Positions 46,522 through 56,720 of a stretch of 64,000 bases of DNA are shown piece by piece. How positions within the stretch are numbered: position 1 is the stretch's first letter; every line of letters begins with the position of its first letter. Made by a program: the position numbers and the translations under genes. Under the pieces are notes generated by a model. That model searched no databases. It saw only the letters and a list, made by a program, of their open reading frames with translations, and was not told the DNA's origin. This DNA comes from an uncultured bacterium (GTDB lineage: Bacteria > Macinerneyibacteriota > Macinerneyibacteria > Macinerneyibacteriales > DSCS01): the NCBI GenBank assembly GCA_964548195.1, contig CAZJQC010000002.1:1-64000 (forward strand), written 5' to 3'.

Positions 46522-48168
46522 TCAGCGTTCATATGCATTCTTCATTCTTATGATCTCGCCGTCAAGTTTTTTTAAAAATGTCGCCTGTTCCTCGCCTGAA
46601 TAAGGCAATGCCCCTATCAGGAGATTGACGCGGTGAAAATTGCCCTTCTCATCGCTCAATACCGTGTTTTCCATCCTCTCCAGTATCCTGTCAGCTACGG
46701 TCTTCAGGAACTCCTCGGACGTGTCCTCAAGTATTACTATAAAATTGTCACCCTCATGCCTGAATATCATATCCGTTGGCCGCAGTGTCTCTTCCAGCAC
46801 ATTGGCGACCTTGCGAAGTATCTCATCCCCGGTGAGGGCGCCAAAGGTCTCGTTTATGTAGCTGAACTTTTCCACATCTATCATCAACGCAGAGAAAATC
46901 CTCTGTTTTCTCTTAAAACGGCTGATAAATGTGTCCATGGTGGCCTTGAGATAGTTGCTGTTATACGTCCCCGTAAGTATATCTGTTATTGAAAGCATCT
47001 TAAGGTTCTTGTTCTGATTGATCACGTAATCGACGGTCTCTTTCATACGGACCTGATTATATATGCGCTTGGTAAGTTCTTCGGGTATAAAGGGAGTCTT
47101 TACAAAATCGTCCGCGTATGTGTTCAGGCCGTACATCAGCTCGTCATAATCGCCGGGGCCCGCTATGACGATCACAGGAACATAACTTTCGCCGCCGCGG
47201 TTTTTTATGCATTTCTCAATATCCTCCCGTTTTTTCCGCGACCCTATGTCGCACAATATAAAATCGATGTCGCCCGAATCCATGATGCGCTGCCCCTCGG
47301 CACAATTGGATGTGGTTATTATGTCATACCCCTCAAAAGCCATGATATACTTGACCACATGCGCCATTACCGGGTATATGGAAAAATACATGCCTGTCTT
47401 GTATTTTTTTTCCTTGATAGAATTGATGATGTCTGAAACGTACCATAGAAACTCGCCTGATTTATTTGTTTTAAGCCTGAAATCGACAATCCCTGACATC
47501 ACGCCCTTCTTTTTAAGTTCCGCGTCGATATTGTCGGAGAGTATGATGACCGGGATATCCATTGTGCGTTTATTGGCCCTGAGAGCGCGGGCGGTCTCAT
47601 AAATATCCGGGGAATCGAGCTCATCGTTAAGGATGATAAGGTCAGGCTTTTCGGAAACGGCAGCTTCCAGCGAAGCCTTTCCCGAGGAGGATTCCAAAAC
47701 ATTGAAGTTTCCGCCCTTCAGTTCATAAACGTTTTTTTTCAGCCTGAAGGGGTCAGCATCCGCGATGAGTATCTTGGCGGGGTTACTCGCTTCCCAAAGG
47801 CCGTCAAATTTTTTTATATGGTTCAAAAGCGATTTCTCGTCAATATTTTTTGGCAGCAACAGGTTTATCCCCTTATCCTCGGCAGATTCAAGTGTTTTCA
47901 GGCTTATTTCCGTGATCAGGCCGATTGCCGGGGCATTGATGCCTATTTCATTTTTAAGTTTTGAGATCAAATCGAATCCACGTCCTTTTCCCCCCGCGTC
48001 CTCGTCCGCGATGACAAGGTCGATATTGTTCTTGAACTTCAACGCGAAATCGCAAGCTTCTTCGGAATCGACAAAACCCGAGGCAAAGAGATCATATCTC
48101 AAAAGTATGTTTGAGAGCGCCTTAATGAAATACTCATTTTCGTGGACACATAAAATGTTCTTTATCAT
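46522..48168 (-). CDS. multi-REC protein with degenerate GGDEF domain
   Basis: Three REC-like domains; TDILTGTYN, then RPTD-MIFRH-EGDNF. Confidence 0.85.
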   Translation of the reverse strand: MIKNILCVHENEYFIKALSNILLRYDLFASGFVDSEEACDFALKFKNNIDLVIADEDAGGKGRGFDLISKLKNEIGINAPAIGLITEISLKTLESAEDKGINLLLPKNIDEKSLLNHIKKFDGLWEASNPAKILIADADPFRLKKNVYELKGGNFNVLESSSGKASLEAAVSEKPDLIILNDELDSPDIYETARALRANKRTMDIPVIILSDNIDAELKKKGVMSGIVDFRLKTNKSGEFLWYVSDIINSIKEKKYKTGMYFSIYPVMAHVVKYIMAFEGYDIITTSNCAEGQRIMDSGDIDFILCDIGSRKKREDIEKCIKNRGGESYVPVIVIAGPGDYDELMYGLNTYADDFVKTPFIPEELTKRIYNQVRMKETVDYVINQNKNLKMLSITDILTGTYNSNYLKATMDTFISRFKRKQRIFSALMIDVEKFSYINETFGALTGDEILRKVANVLEETLRPTDMIFRHEGDNFIVILEDTSEEFLKTVADRILERMENTVLSDEKGNFHRVNLLIGALPYSGEEQATFLKKLDGEIIRMKNAYER

Positions 48169-48219
48169 GCAGCCCCCTTTTTAATATTATATGGTTTTAA
48201 CGGCATACTATCAATGCAA

Positions 48220-49020
48220 TCACTGACCGATATTAAATTCTATCTTGTTATATTTACAATCCTTTTTGTATTCCCGTTTCATCTCATTGAAATAATCGCC
48301 GTTATTTAGATATCTTGTCTTGTATCGTATGAACATCTCGGGCTCCATGATCTTTATTATATCAAAAAGGTGCTTCTTTACCGTATTTGAGTTCCATTTA
48401 GGACTGCTTACCCTTATAAAATCGACTTCGTCTATAAACACGTTTATCAGGCTTTTTAAAGGCGTTATTTCCGGCAAAAACGGGTCGACGTTCAAAAAGG
48501 TGCGTATCCCGTTGTCTTTTAGATTATATATAAGTTCTATGCGGTCATCGCTGCTGGGGAGTCCGTTTTCTATCAGACTCACATGCGCATCATTCATGCT
48601 GAACAATGAGACCCCCACCTCGACATCTTTCATGCCCTTGATAATATCAAGGTCCCGGAGAATCAGATCCGAATGGGTGATTATACGCAGTCGCACGTCT
48701 TTTTCACTGATAGCCTTAAGCGATTCTCGGGTAATCTTGTATTTTTTTTCAAGCGGCTGGTATGGGTCGGATAGTGAAGACAAGTAGAGTTTTTTCCCGG
48801 GAGAGAAGCGTTTCTTCGCCAACTGCGCCGGCAGCAGATTACGCACCTCCACACAGCCGCCCCAGTCAAAATCGGGATATGCCATACGCATGGGTATTTT
48901 TGAGGAACAATGGCCGCAACCGTACTCGCATCCCTTATAGGGGTTGATAAGAAGATACCGTTCACCGTTAAAATTTGCCGAAGCTAAAGCCGTCTCGCCG
49001 TGGTTCTCGATAACCCTCAT
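48220..49020 (-). CDS. SPL-family radical SAM protein
   Basis: INPYKGCEYGCGHC, SDPYQPLE, LILRDLD. Confidence 0.82.
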   Translation of the reverse strand: MRVIENHGETALASANFNGERYLLINPYKGCEYGCGHCSSKIPMRMAYPDFDWGGCVEVRNLLPAQLAKKRFSPGKKLYLSSLSDPYQPLEKKYKITRESLKAISEKDVRLRIITHSDLILRDLDIIKGMKDVEVGVSLFSMNDAHVSLIENGLPSSDDRIELIYNLKDNGIRTFLNVDPFLPEITPLKSLINVFIDEVDFIRVSSPKWNSNTVKKHLFDIIKIMEPEMFIRYKTRYLNNGDYFNEMKREYKKDCKYNKIEFNIGQ

Positions 49021-49754
49021 ATGGTCATCCCCGATATCGCATTATGTATTTTCTTCAAATGCTGGCTCTCAACAAATATGATGTCCGGGTCATCCAGACT
49101 CAAAGCGAGATGAGCCGTATTGTCCTCTTCATCCGTTATGGTGAATATCCACATATTGCCCGGACGGCCGCCACTGACCGTTTTGATCTCATCCACAAGT
49201 CCGGAATCTTCCGGCTCAAATTTTTTAAAATCGGAAACAGGGTATATCACCACAGGATCGATCTCAAAATCAATGGGTATCCAGTAAACAAACTGTATGC
49301 CTATAATATTTTCAATATCGGAAATAAAAGATTCTTCCTGGGTCGATTCTTCGCCGTCCCTGATGCGGAGGGTGATCTCAAGAGCAGTCTCCGCTGCGGA
49401 CTTCATCCGCCGCAGTCCACGCTTTTCAAGAACCGTCTCCGTCAACATCGAAAACACATCCAACAAATCAGTCTCCTGTCCCGCTATTTTAAATGTATCT
49501 CCGTTGTATAGAATATCAAGTCTGCTCGTCTCATTATTAATGACGATCGCAGGGCTGCCGCCATCTTTGAATATTTCAAAATCAAAGAGCATGCCAAGAA
49601 AATCTGAAAACAGTCTTTGTATTTCCTCCAAAGACAGATCATCGGCGGCAAGTATCATATCCGTGAAATCAGCGTATATATCAGGAAATATACGGGCTTT
49701 GTCGCCTTCCCATGAGGCTATTTTGGCCCTTATGCCATCAAGATCCGGCATCAT
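49017..49754 (-). CDS. hypothetical acidic protein
   Basis: 245-aa ORF with ATGA overlaps at both ends; no recognisable motif. Confidence 0.7.
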   Translation of the reverse strand: MMPDLDGIRAKIASWEGDKARIFPDIYADFTDMILAADDLSLEEIQRLFSDFLGMLFDFEIFKDGGSPAIVINNETSRLDILYNGDTFKIAGQETDLLDVFSMLTETVLEKRGLRRMKSAAETALEITLRIRDGEESTQEESFISDIENIIGIQFVYWIPIDFEIDPVVIYPVSDFKKFEPEDSGLVDEIKTVSGGRPGNMWIFTITDEEDNTAHLALSLDDPDIIFVESQHLKKIHNAISGMTI

Positions 49755-50275
49755 TGCATCCTGTTTAAATATTCTTCATAGCCGAGTTCCGAAAGATCTG
49801 AATTTTTTTTCAGCACATCCTGCTTCATCTGCTCGACATAGGCCGCGAGCCTGTCCCTTACGGCGTCATCGTTGAGAGCGAGTATTCTGGCCGCAAGCAC
49901 AGCGGCATTTTTCGCTCCGGCCTTGCCTATGGCGACCGTGGCTACGGGAATGCCCGACGGCATCTGCACGATGGAATAGAGAGAATCGACTCCCCCCAGA
50001 TCAGATGTCACCATCGGCACCCCGATCACCGGAAGCAGCGTGGCTGCGGAAAGGACTCCGGGGAGATGCGCGGCCTTCCCGGCGGCGGCGATGATCACCT
50101 TTACCCCGCGCGCTTCCGCGGTGGCGACCGTTTCAAGTGCCTTTTCAGTCGTCCTGTGCGCGGAAAGAATATAAAAATTGAAATCTATGCCCATGGCTTT
50201 TAAAAGATCAGCCGTGAGCCTCATCACGGACAGGTCGGAATCGCTTCCTATGTAGATCTCGACTTTCTCAGACAT
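49751..50275 (-). CDS. purE: N5-CAIR mutase
   Basis: GSDSD, SAHRT, AGKAAHLPG, SIVQMPSGIPVATV. Confidence 0.95.
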   Translation of the reverse strand: MSEKVEIYIGSDSDLSVMRLTADLLKAMGIDFNFYILSAHRTTEKALETVATAEARGVKVIIAAAGKAAHLPGVLSAATLLPVIGVPMVTSDLGGVDSLYSIVQMPSGIPVATVAIGKAGAKNAAVLAARILALNDDAVRDRLAAYVEQMKQDVLKKNSDLSELGYEEYLNRMQ

Positions 50276-51056
50276 CTCTGCCTCCTTTGACCATCTTTAA
50301 AAGATAAATACTCAATATTATCATCCCTGCGGAAAGTAATTGCCCCATGGTTATAAACCCGAATGCCAGGTATCCGATCTGGGTGTCAGGAACGCGGAAA
50401 AATTCAATGGCTATTCGGAACACCCCGTAGGTAACCCCGAAATACGGACCCAACAAGCGGAGGTCTTTTGTCTTCCTGAAGATAAAAAACAAGATAAAAA
50501 ACAATACGACACCCTCAAGAAATGCCTCATACAGCTGGGTGGGGTGGCGGGGCCAGGGCCCCGCTTCGGGAAAGACCACGCCCCAATTGCCCCCGGTCGG
50601 TTTCCCCCATAGCTCACCGTTTATAAAATTTGCGATCCTTCCGAAAAAAAGCCCCGCCGGTGCCAAAAGAGCCTCTGCGCCAAGCAAGGTCGACAAACGC
50701 ATCTTTTTCTTCCTGCAGAAATAGTATGTGGCGGCGAGGACGCCCGCGAAACCTCCATGGAAAGACATGCCGCCTTCCCACACCTTGAATACCGAGAGCG
50801 GATATCTGATATAGTTAGGCAGATCATATATCAATATGTATCCTATGCGCCCTCCGACGATGACTCCCAGCGCAAGGTAAAACCAGAGGTCCTCGATATC
50901 GCTTTTCTTCATCCTCAGATAGTCAAGTGAAACGAGGCGCTTCATCCCAAAATATGCCAGAGTCAGGCCGGCGATATAGGCCAGCGGATACCATCTCAGT
51001 CCGAATATTCCCCAAATATGGAGTATTTCAGGGTCAATATCATGTATCCAGTACAT
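50268..51056 (-). CDS. lgt: prolipoprotein diacylglyceryl transferase
   Basis: GGRIGY, WEGGMSFHGG, GRIANFINGELWG, RHPTQLYE, EFFRVPD. Confidence 0.97.
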   Translation of the reverse strand: MYWIHDIDPEILHIWGIFGLRWYPLAYIAGLTLAYFGMKRLVSLDYLRMKKSDIEDLWFYLALGVIVGGRIGYILIYDLPNYIRYPLSVFKVWEGGMSFHGGFAGVLAATYYFCRKKKMRLSTLLGAEALLAPAGLFFGRIANFINGELWGKPTGGNWGVVFPEAGPWPRHPTQLYEAFLEGVVLFFILFFIFRKTKDLRLLGPYFGVTYGVFRIAIEFFRVPDTQIGYLAFGFITMGQLLSAGMIILSIYLLKMVKGGRDV

Positions 51057-51858
51057 CGTCCGCCCTCCTTCGCGCGCTCAAATATCTCAGAAGCTCCGAA
51101 AATTTCTCAACCGAAACGTCCTGCGCGCGCGTCCTTTCCGATATATGAAGCTCGTCAAGGCAGGCGGCGACCGTTTCGCGGCTGAACACCCTTCGCAGAT
51201 TGTTGTTAAGAGTTTTCCGCCTTTCCCGAAATGACTCAAAGATTATATCCACAGTCTCCTTCTTGTCAAACAATCCGGGCAAGCCGGTCTTTGTCTTCAG
51301 CGAAACGAGCGCCGAATCCACATTTGGCGGGGGAAAAAACGATCCCCTTCTAACGGTCCTCAAATAGTGCACATCGAACATGGTCTGGACATATACCGTA
51401 AACCCGTTGTAATTGACAGTGCCGGGAGACGTGGTAAGATTTTCGCCGACCTCCTTCTGCACCATGATCACGGCTTCATCGATGTTCTTCCTGTACTGCA
51501 CTATTCTGTTAATGATAGGCTTTGTAATATAATACGGCAGATTACCCGCCACAAATATATTATGGGAAAGATCAAGAGGTATGTCAAGCACATTACCTTC
51601 GATCACCCTATCCCTTCCGGCGATTTTCACAAGCCCCGGTATCATATCCCTGTCAAGTTCTATGACATATACGTCGACACCTTCCAAAGCGACCAGCATC
51701 TCCGTAAGTATGCCGGTCCCCCCGCCGATCTCGACCACCGTGGCACAGCCGGACTTTTTTACCTCATCGCCTATGATCTTTAAAACCGCAGGATTGTTAA
51801 GAAAATTCTGGCCAAAACGTCTTTTAGGTTGCAATGATCTCCTCTTTTTCAAGGACAT
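51040..51858 (-). CDS. rsmA: 16S rRNA dimethyladenosine transferase
   Basis: FGQNFL, EIGGGTG, GNLPYYIT, MVQKEV, FFPPPNVDS, RRKTL. Confidence 0.95.
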   Translation of the reverse strand: MSLKKRRSLQPKRRFGQNFLNNPAVLKIIGDEVKKSGCATVVEIGGGTGILTEMLVALEGVDVYVIELDRDMIPGLVKIAGRDRVIEGNVLDIPLDLSHNIFVAGNLPYYITKPIINRIVQYRKNIDEAVIMVQKEVGENLTTSPGTVNYNGFTVYVQTMFDVHYLRTVRRGSFFPPPNVDSALVSLKTKTGLPGLFDKKETVDIIFESFRERRKTLNNNLRRVFSRETVAACLDELHISERTRAQDVSVEKFSELLRYLSARRRADDVLDT

Positions 51859-52090
51859 AAAGCTCAGCAGCCCTCTGTTTTGAGACATTCTTCGTCGCAG
51901 GCACTTCGGCTACCCGCACGGTGATCCTCCTGCCGAATGATTCGAGTGTAAACGTGTCGCCCGCGGAAAGCTCATGAGAAGCTTTCACAGCCGTGCCGTT
52001 TATGGTTATCTTCCCCGAATCACATAGCAGTTTGGCCGTTGACCGCTGCTTTACAAGGCGGGATAACTGGAGAAATTTATCCGTTCTCAT
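51824..52090 (-). CDS. S4-domain RNA-binding protein (Hsp15/RqcP-like)
   Basis: MRTDKFL...RLVKQRSTAK...CDSGKITING...KASHEL. Confidence 0.88.
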   Translation of the reverse strand: MRTDKFLQLSRLVKQRSTAKLLCDSGKITINGTAVKASHELSAGDTFTLESFGRRITVRVAEVPATKNVSKQRAAELYVLEKEEIIAT

Positions 52091-53319
52091 TGCATTATCT
52101 CTATAAAATACTTGTCTTTAAGAGAATCGTATATTCTGTCTATCTCTTTTACTATCTTATCCGAATAAATCATGTTCTTGACATAGTTCCTCACGTCATC
52201 GTATTCCATCTGTTTGGCCGGAGTCTTGTCCTTCAAGTATACAAAGGTCAATCCGTTGTTGATATAGTCGACCTCCGAGATCTCCCCGGGCATAAGTCCG
52301 CTGATCTGTTTGTATATGTACTCGTTTATCTCAGACTGGCCGACACCTTCAAAGGGTATAAAACTGACATCGGCAGTCTTGCCCCATTCCTGCAGCCCTT
52401 CCATACCGCTTTTGGCGAAAATAGCATGCACATTCTCCGAGTATTTAGCGATCATCTCTTCCGGTATTGACGGCAGACGTATGATGTGCCGGACATTTCG
52501 TCCTTCATCTGAGATGTTTTCAAGATATGCGATATGATAACCGAATTTTGTCTTGAAAGGACGTGATATTTCTCCTTTTTTCATATTCATCACCACATCC
52601 TCGAACTCCTTTACCATATTCCCCTTTTTAACCAAACCAAGATCGCCCCCGCGCTCAGCAGTCGGCCCCTGGGAGTACCGGACGGCGGCATCGGAAAAAG
52701 AGATCTTGTGGGATAATATGTCTTTCCGGAGCTGCAGCAGAAAATCAGAAGTCCGCTGCTCGTCTTCGGCGGTAACAGCTTTCTGTTTGAACCCGATCAC
52801 ATAGGAAAATGAGGCGGGCTTTACAAAACGGGATTTATTGCTCTCATAGAATTTTTCCATCTCTTCGTCCTTGACCGAAATGCCGGGACGTATGACAATG
52901 GAGATATAGTTCTGGACATACATCTCTTCCCTTATCTGCTGACGGTAGATCGACCGTAATGTGTTTTCATCGATGCCCTCCCTGAGAAGAGCGGCCGAGA
53001 AGTTTTCCTCGCTGCCGAAGTTCTTTTTCATATTGGAGATCATCTCATCAAGTTTCTTTTCGACTTCGTCTCCGTCAACTATTATTTCCTCGTTTTCAAG
53101 CGCTTCCATATACAGGACTTTGTTTTTTATCATCTCCTCAAGATGGGCTCTCATCTCTTCGGGTGAAACATCCCCGCCTCTCATCTTGATCTCATTCAAT
53201 TCACTTTCCAATATTATCGTGTCGTTGATGCGGGCGGCTATACTGTCTGTGTAATCAGCAGCATGTATTGAAAGAACAGCCGTCAGCATAGCGGCAAGCA
53301 CTAGGATTAATCTTTTCAT
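52087..53319 (-). CDS. surA: SurA-like periplasmic parvulin PPIase/chaperone
   Basis: Signal peptide, IAARINDTIILESEL, YSQGPTAERGGDLG, PFKTKFGYHI; upstream of rsmA. Confidence 0.8.
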   Translation of the reverse strand: MKRLILVLAAMLTAVLSIHAADYTDSIAARINDTIILESELNEIKMRGGDVSPEEMRAHLEEMIKNKVLYMEALENEEIIVDGDEVEKKLDEMISNMKKNFGSEENFSAALLREGIDENTLRSIYRQQIREEMYVQNYISIVIRPGISVKDEEMEKFYESNKSRFVKPASFSYVIGFKQKAVTAEDEQRTSDFLLQLRKDILSHKISFSDAAVRYSQGPTAERGGDLGLVKKGNMVKEFEDVVMNMKKGEISRPFKTKFGYHIAYLENISDEGRNVRHIIRLPSIPEEMIAKYSENVHAIFAKSGMEGLQEWGKTADVSFIPFEGVGQSEINEYIYKQISGLMPGEISEVDYINNGLTFVYLKDKTPAKQMEYDDVRNYVKNMIYSDKIVKEIDRIYDSLKDKYFIEIMQ

Positions 53320-53329
53320 GGTCCCTCCG

Positions 53330-54268
53330 TCATTTGTTGAAATAATTCTCATTGACCGTGATCTCATAGCTTCTCTTTTTCAGGGAATTTATCCACTGTG
53401 AGTAGCGCAACTCTCTTTTCTGAAGCAATATTATCTGCTTTATTGTCGGCTCCACCTCAGATAAACTCACCCGTTTCGCGTAGACTTTGCTTTCGATCTT
53501 AAATATGTGATAACGGCCGTATTCGTCCTCAAGTATCTCGGAATACTTCCCTTTTTTCAAGCCGAACAACTCCTTTGATATGTTTTCAGGGAGCTCCTCT
53601 TTTGTGTATACCTTGCCCTGTCCGTCATCAAGGTCCCCGGTGGCCGCTATGTATATATCGTCAAACTTTTCCCCGTTTTTCAGACGCTCATAGGTCTCCT
53701 GCGCTTCATCCAGGGTGTTGAATATCAGCTCCCTGACTTCAACGGATTCAGAATGCTGATAATCGGAGCTGTTGTCCGAGTAATACTTCAGTATTTCCTT
53801 GCTTGTGACGTTTATATTATTATACACCTTCTGCTCTTCGACCAGGCGTATTATCCAATTCCTCCGCAAAAACTCCCTGAACAGCTTTGTGTCCAGTCCG
53901 GATTGCCTGATGAAGGTGTTGAATTCCTGTTCGTCTCCATACTGGCTTGAAATACGGCTCATTTCCTCTTCGATCTGCATCTGGCTCACATCTATTTTTT
54001 CTTTTTTTGCTACATCAAGGATGATCTCCTCATCGATCATGTCCTGCAACACCTTATATTTTATATCCCTTAACTGTTTTTCATTCAGCCCTTCAAGATA
54101 ACGCGCAAGCCTGAAATTAAAGTAATCCTCAAACTCGCCGAGAGTGATGATCTTATCATTGATCTTGGCTATTATTGAACTGCGCTTTATCTCGTCCTTG
54201 TTTTTGCCGCAGGAAAAAAGCAGCGCCGCAAATAAGACCAAGACCGTTAACTTCCTTCTATAAATCAT
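53330..54268 (-). CDS. PrsA/SurA-like lipoprotein foldase
   Basis: Lipobox LFS-C; IAKINDKIIT SurA_N; degenerate parvulin (YGRYHIFK). Confidence 0.8.
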   Translation of the reverse strand: MIYRRKLTVLVLFAALLFSCGKNKDEIKRSSIIAKINDKIITLGEFEDYFNFRLARYLEGLNEKQLRDIKYKVLQDMIDEEIILDVAKKEKIDVSQMQIEEEMSRISSQYGDEQEFNTFIRQSGLDTKLFREFLRRNWIIRLVEEQKVYNNINVTSKEILKYYSDNSSDYQHSESVEVRELIFNTLDEAQETYERLKNGEKFDDIYIAATGDLDDGQGKVYTKEELPENISKELFGLKKGKYSEILEDEYGRYHIFKIESKVYAKRVSLSEVEPTIKQIILLQKRELRYSQWINSLKKRSYEITVNENYFNK

Positions 54269-55098
54269 AAAAGTCCCTTGTTAATACCGCCGATATTATA
54301 TTTAACCTTTAAGTCGGCCATTAGTTCCTCAGTGACTTCCGCAGCCTTGATGTTGGAAATATGCGCATGTATCATCTTTCTGACTCCGTCCAGTGCCATG
54401 ATGTCATTCTTCCACAATTTGTCCTTCACCGTAAAGACATAATAATACTCTCCGCCCGTTGTGTCTATATATTTAACCGGTTTGACCGCCTTGCCGGAGG
54501 GCGTGGAGATGACTTCGTCCCTTATATTGATATCCAGGTCTGATATCTTTATATATCCCAGGTCTATTTCACCGGGAACACCCTGCACGTCCGCGTTCAG
54601 CCGCCCGAAAAGGCTTAAGGCCTCGTCTTTTTGAGTAAAATGATACACTCCCAGCCAGGCCATCGCTTCCCCGGCGGTAAAATTCTTGCGCTTCATGTTC
54701 TCATAATACCTTGAGATCTCTTCATCGCTTACCGTGACTTTATCATTCACAAAATGCTTTATTGCTTCCATGACCACAAGGTTGCGCATGAAAGAATATG
54801 TCTTTCTCTTGATCTCAGCTCTTATTTCCTTATTGGCGGGGATGCCCGCCTTTTTTGCTTCTTTGTAAAGCATCTCCTGAAAGACCCAGTCATTGACAAG
54901 CCTCATCTTCGCATCATCCGAAGTCGTCTCAGGATCCATGCCCAAATCCGACAAAAGCGATTCGAGGTCTGAATGTGTGACGGATATGCCCTTGCCTGAT
55001 ATCAGCGATTCATTCCCCTTGTGCCCCTGTACCATGATCACGACTGCAGCAGCAAGAACGAGCACAACGGCAGCCGCGATTACTTTTATATGTTTCAT
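54265..55098 (-). CDS. membrane-anchored PPIase-like foldase (degenerate parvulin)
   Basis: N-terminal TM; LYKEAKKAGI, VSDEEISRYYE, DLGYI. Confidence 0.7.
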   Translation of the reverse strand: MKHIKVIAAAVVLVLAAAVVIMVQGHKGNESLISGKGISVTHSDLESLLSDLGMDPETTSDDAKMRLVNDWVFQEMLYKEAKKAGIPANKEIRAEIKRKTYSFMRNLVVMEAIKHFVNDKVTVSDEEISRYYENMKRKNFTAGEAMAWLGVYHFTQKDEALSLFGRLNADVQGVPGEIDLGYIKISDLDINIRDEVISTPSGKAVKPVKYIDTTGGEYYYVFTVKDKLWKNDIMALDGVRKMIHAHISNIKAAEVTEELMADLKVKYNIGGINKGLL

Positions 55099-55169
55099 CA
55101 TCATCCCTCCGATTCTAAGGATAAAATAAAATACCGGGGTGATAATGTCAATCAATTTCTTGAATAACA

Positions 55170-56615
55170 TCAATATGATTTCTTTTTTTTGTCCTCATAC
55201 ATGGATTTATCGGCCATGTTGATCAGATCATATATGGATATCCTGTCCCCGGGCCGCTTTCGGGCCACCCCGCTGCTGACACTTATCCGATACTCTTCAT
55301 CAGACCCCTCATTAAAGGAATCCATTATTTTTCGCAGACGACGGAACATGTTGTTCATCTCTTCGTCCCGTGCCTCCATGGCAAGCACCACAAATTCATC
55401 GCCGCCTATTCTTGCAATAATATCTGATTTTCTGAACGTACGGTCTTTTAATATATATGCGAACTCCTTAAGCGCTTTATCGCCTTTAATATGCCCGTAA
55501 TTGTCATTGATCGTCTTCAGCCCGTCCATATCAAAATAGACCAGAGCAAGCACCTTTTTGGCCCTCTGCGCCTGGCTTATCAGCTGGTTGCCGAAGGCTA
55601 TGAACCCGCGCCGATTATAAAGCCCTGTCAATTCGTCCAAAAATGCCATGGCCTTGAGAGCGCCTTCCACCTGTTTGCGTTCGGACAGGTCGCTGATAAC
55701 CAGGATCTGCCGCCTGGAGTTTTGAAGCCCTTCGCGCTTTATCTCAAATTTAGCGGGATAAGTCAGGCCGTCCTTTTTTTCAAGTACTGCCTCACCCGCC
55801 GTGGCCTCAAGCACATCATCCGGTATAAAATCCCCGGCCGCCTTCCCCAGGACTTCCTCCTGTGTATAACCGGAAAGTTCCAGAAAAGACCGATTCACAT
55901 CAAGCACATTGCCTTCCTCTATCAGCATTACAGCCTCATGTGAAGCGTTTGACAGGATCTTAAACCTTTGCTCGCTTAGTTTAAGCTGTTTTTCATATTC
56001 CTCAAGCTGCCACAACTTGATGACAAGCTTTTCATTAAGGCTGACCAGCTCGTCCTTGCTTCTTTTTACAGCCCGTTTTAGTTCATTTTTATCCTTGAGC
56101 AACAACTTTTCGACAGTCTTTGCTTCGCTTATGTCTGTCATGGTCAGCGCAAAAAGGCTCTCCCCGATAGCCACACGTTCCATCTCGATGCAGAAATTCG
56201 CATTGTCCGGATCGGGGCACCATTTTTTCCGTTTTTCATCTTCAGTGTTTACCGGGAAACCCGCCGGGATATCCGCAGGCAATGCGGACAGGACATCCTG
56301 GCCGTGAAACAACACCTTCATCAGTGCCGAAGCCGCCCTGTTTGCATCCATGATCTTGGCGTCGGCCGCGTCTATTATAAGCATGCCTTCCGTGACGCTC
56401 ATAAACACCGCATGGTATTTATCTTCCGAGAGATGATACGCCTTTTCAGCTTTTTTTAATCGTATAAGTATGTTTTTTTGAAATGCATAAATTAGTATCA
56501 AACCTAAAAATATTGCAAAAAAACTATATAAATACATCTTATCAGTCGAAATCTGCAGCATAAGCGTTATAATATCTGAAATGATAATTTCACAGCCTGC
56601 AATCAACAAGTCCAT
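55170..56615 (-). CDS. PAS-PAS-GGDEF diguanylate cyclase
   Basis: DELTGLYNRRG, DMDGLKTINDNYGH, RKSD-IIARI-GGDEF; N-terminal TM. Confidence 0.92.
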   Translation of the reverse strand: MDLLIAGCEIIISDIITLMLQISTDKMYLYSFFAIFLGLILIYAFQKNILIRLKKAEKAYHLSEDKYHAVFMSVTEGMLIIDAADAKIMDANRAASALMKVLFHGQDVLSALPADIPAGFPVNTEDEKRKKWCPDPDNANFCIEMERVAIGESLFALTMTDISEAKTVEKLLLKDKNELKRAVKRSKDELVSLNEKLVIKLWQLEEYEKQLKLSEQRFKILSNASHEAVMLIEEGNVLDVNRSFLELSGYTQEEVLGKAAGDFIPDDVLEATAGEAVLEKKDGLTYPAKFEIKREGLQNSRRQILVISDLSERKQVEGALKAMAFLDELTGLYNRRGFIAFGNQLISQAQRAKKVLALVYFDMDGLKTINDNYGHIKGDKALKEFAYILKDRTFRKSDIIARIGGDEFVVLAMEARDEEMNNMFRRLRKIMDSFNEGSDEEYRISVSSGVARKRPGDRISIYDLINMADKSMYEDKKKKSY

Positions 56616-56683
56616 TATTTATCCCTCACCATTCAACATTTAACTATAATATGAAAATGTTTCGATATCAAGCTGAGGGATCA

Positions 56684-56715
56684 ATAAAAGAGGGGGGAGA
56701 AGACATCTCCCCCCC
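56684..56715 (-). terminator. Rho-independent terminator after argF/arcB
   Basis: Minus strand GGGGGGAGA-TGTCT-TCTCCCCCC-TCTTTT. Confidence 0.85.
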
Positions 56716-56720
56716 GCCAT

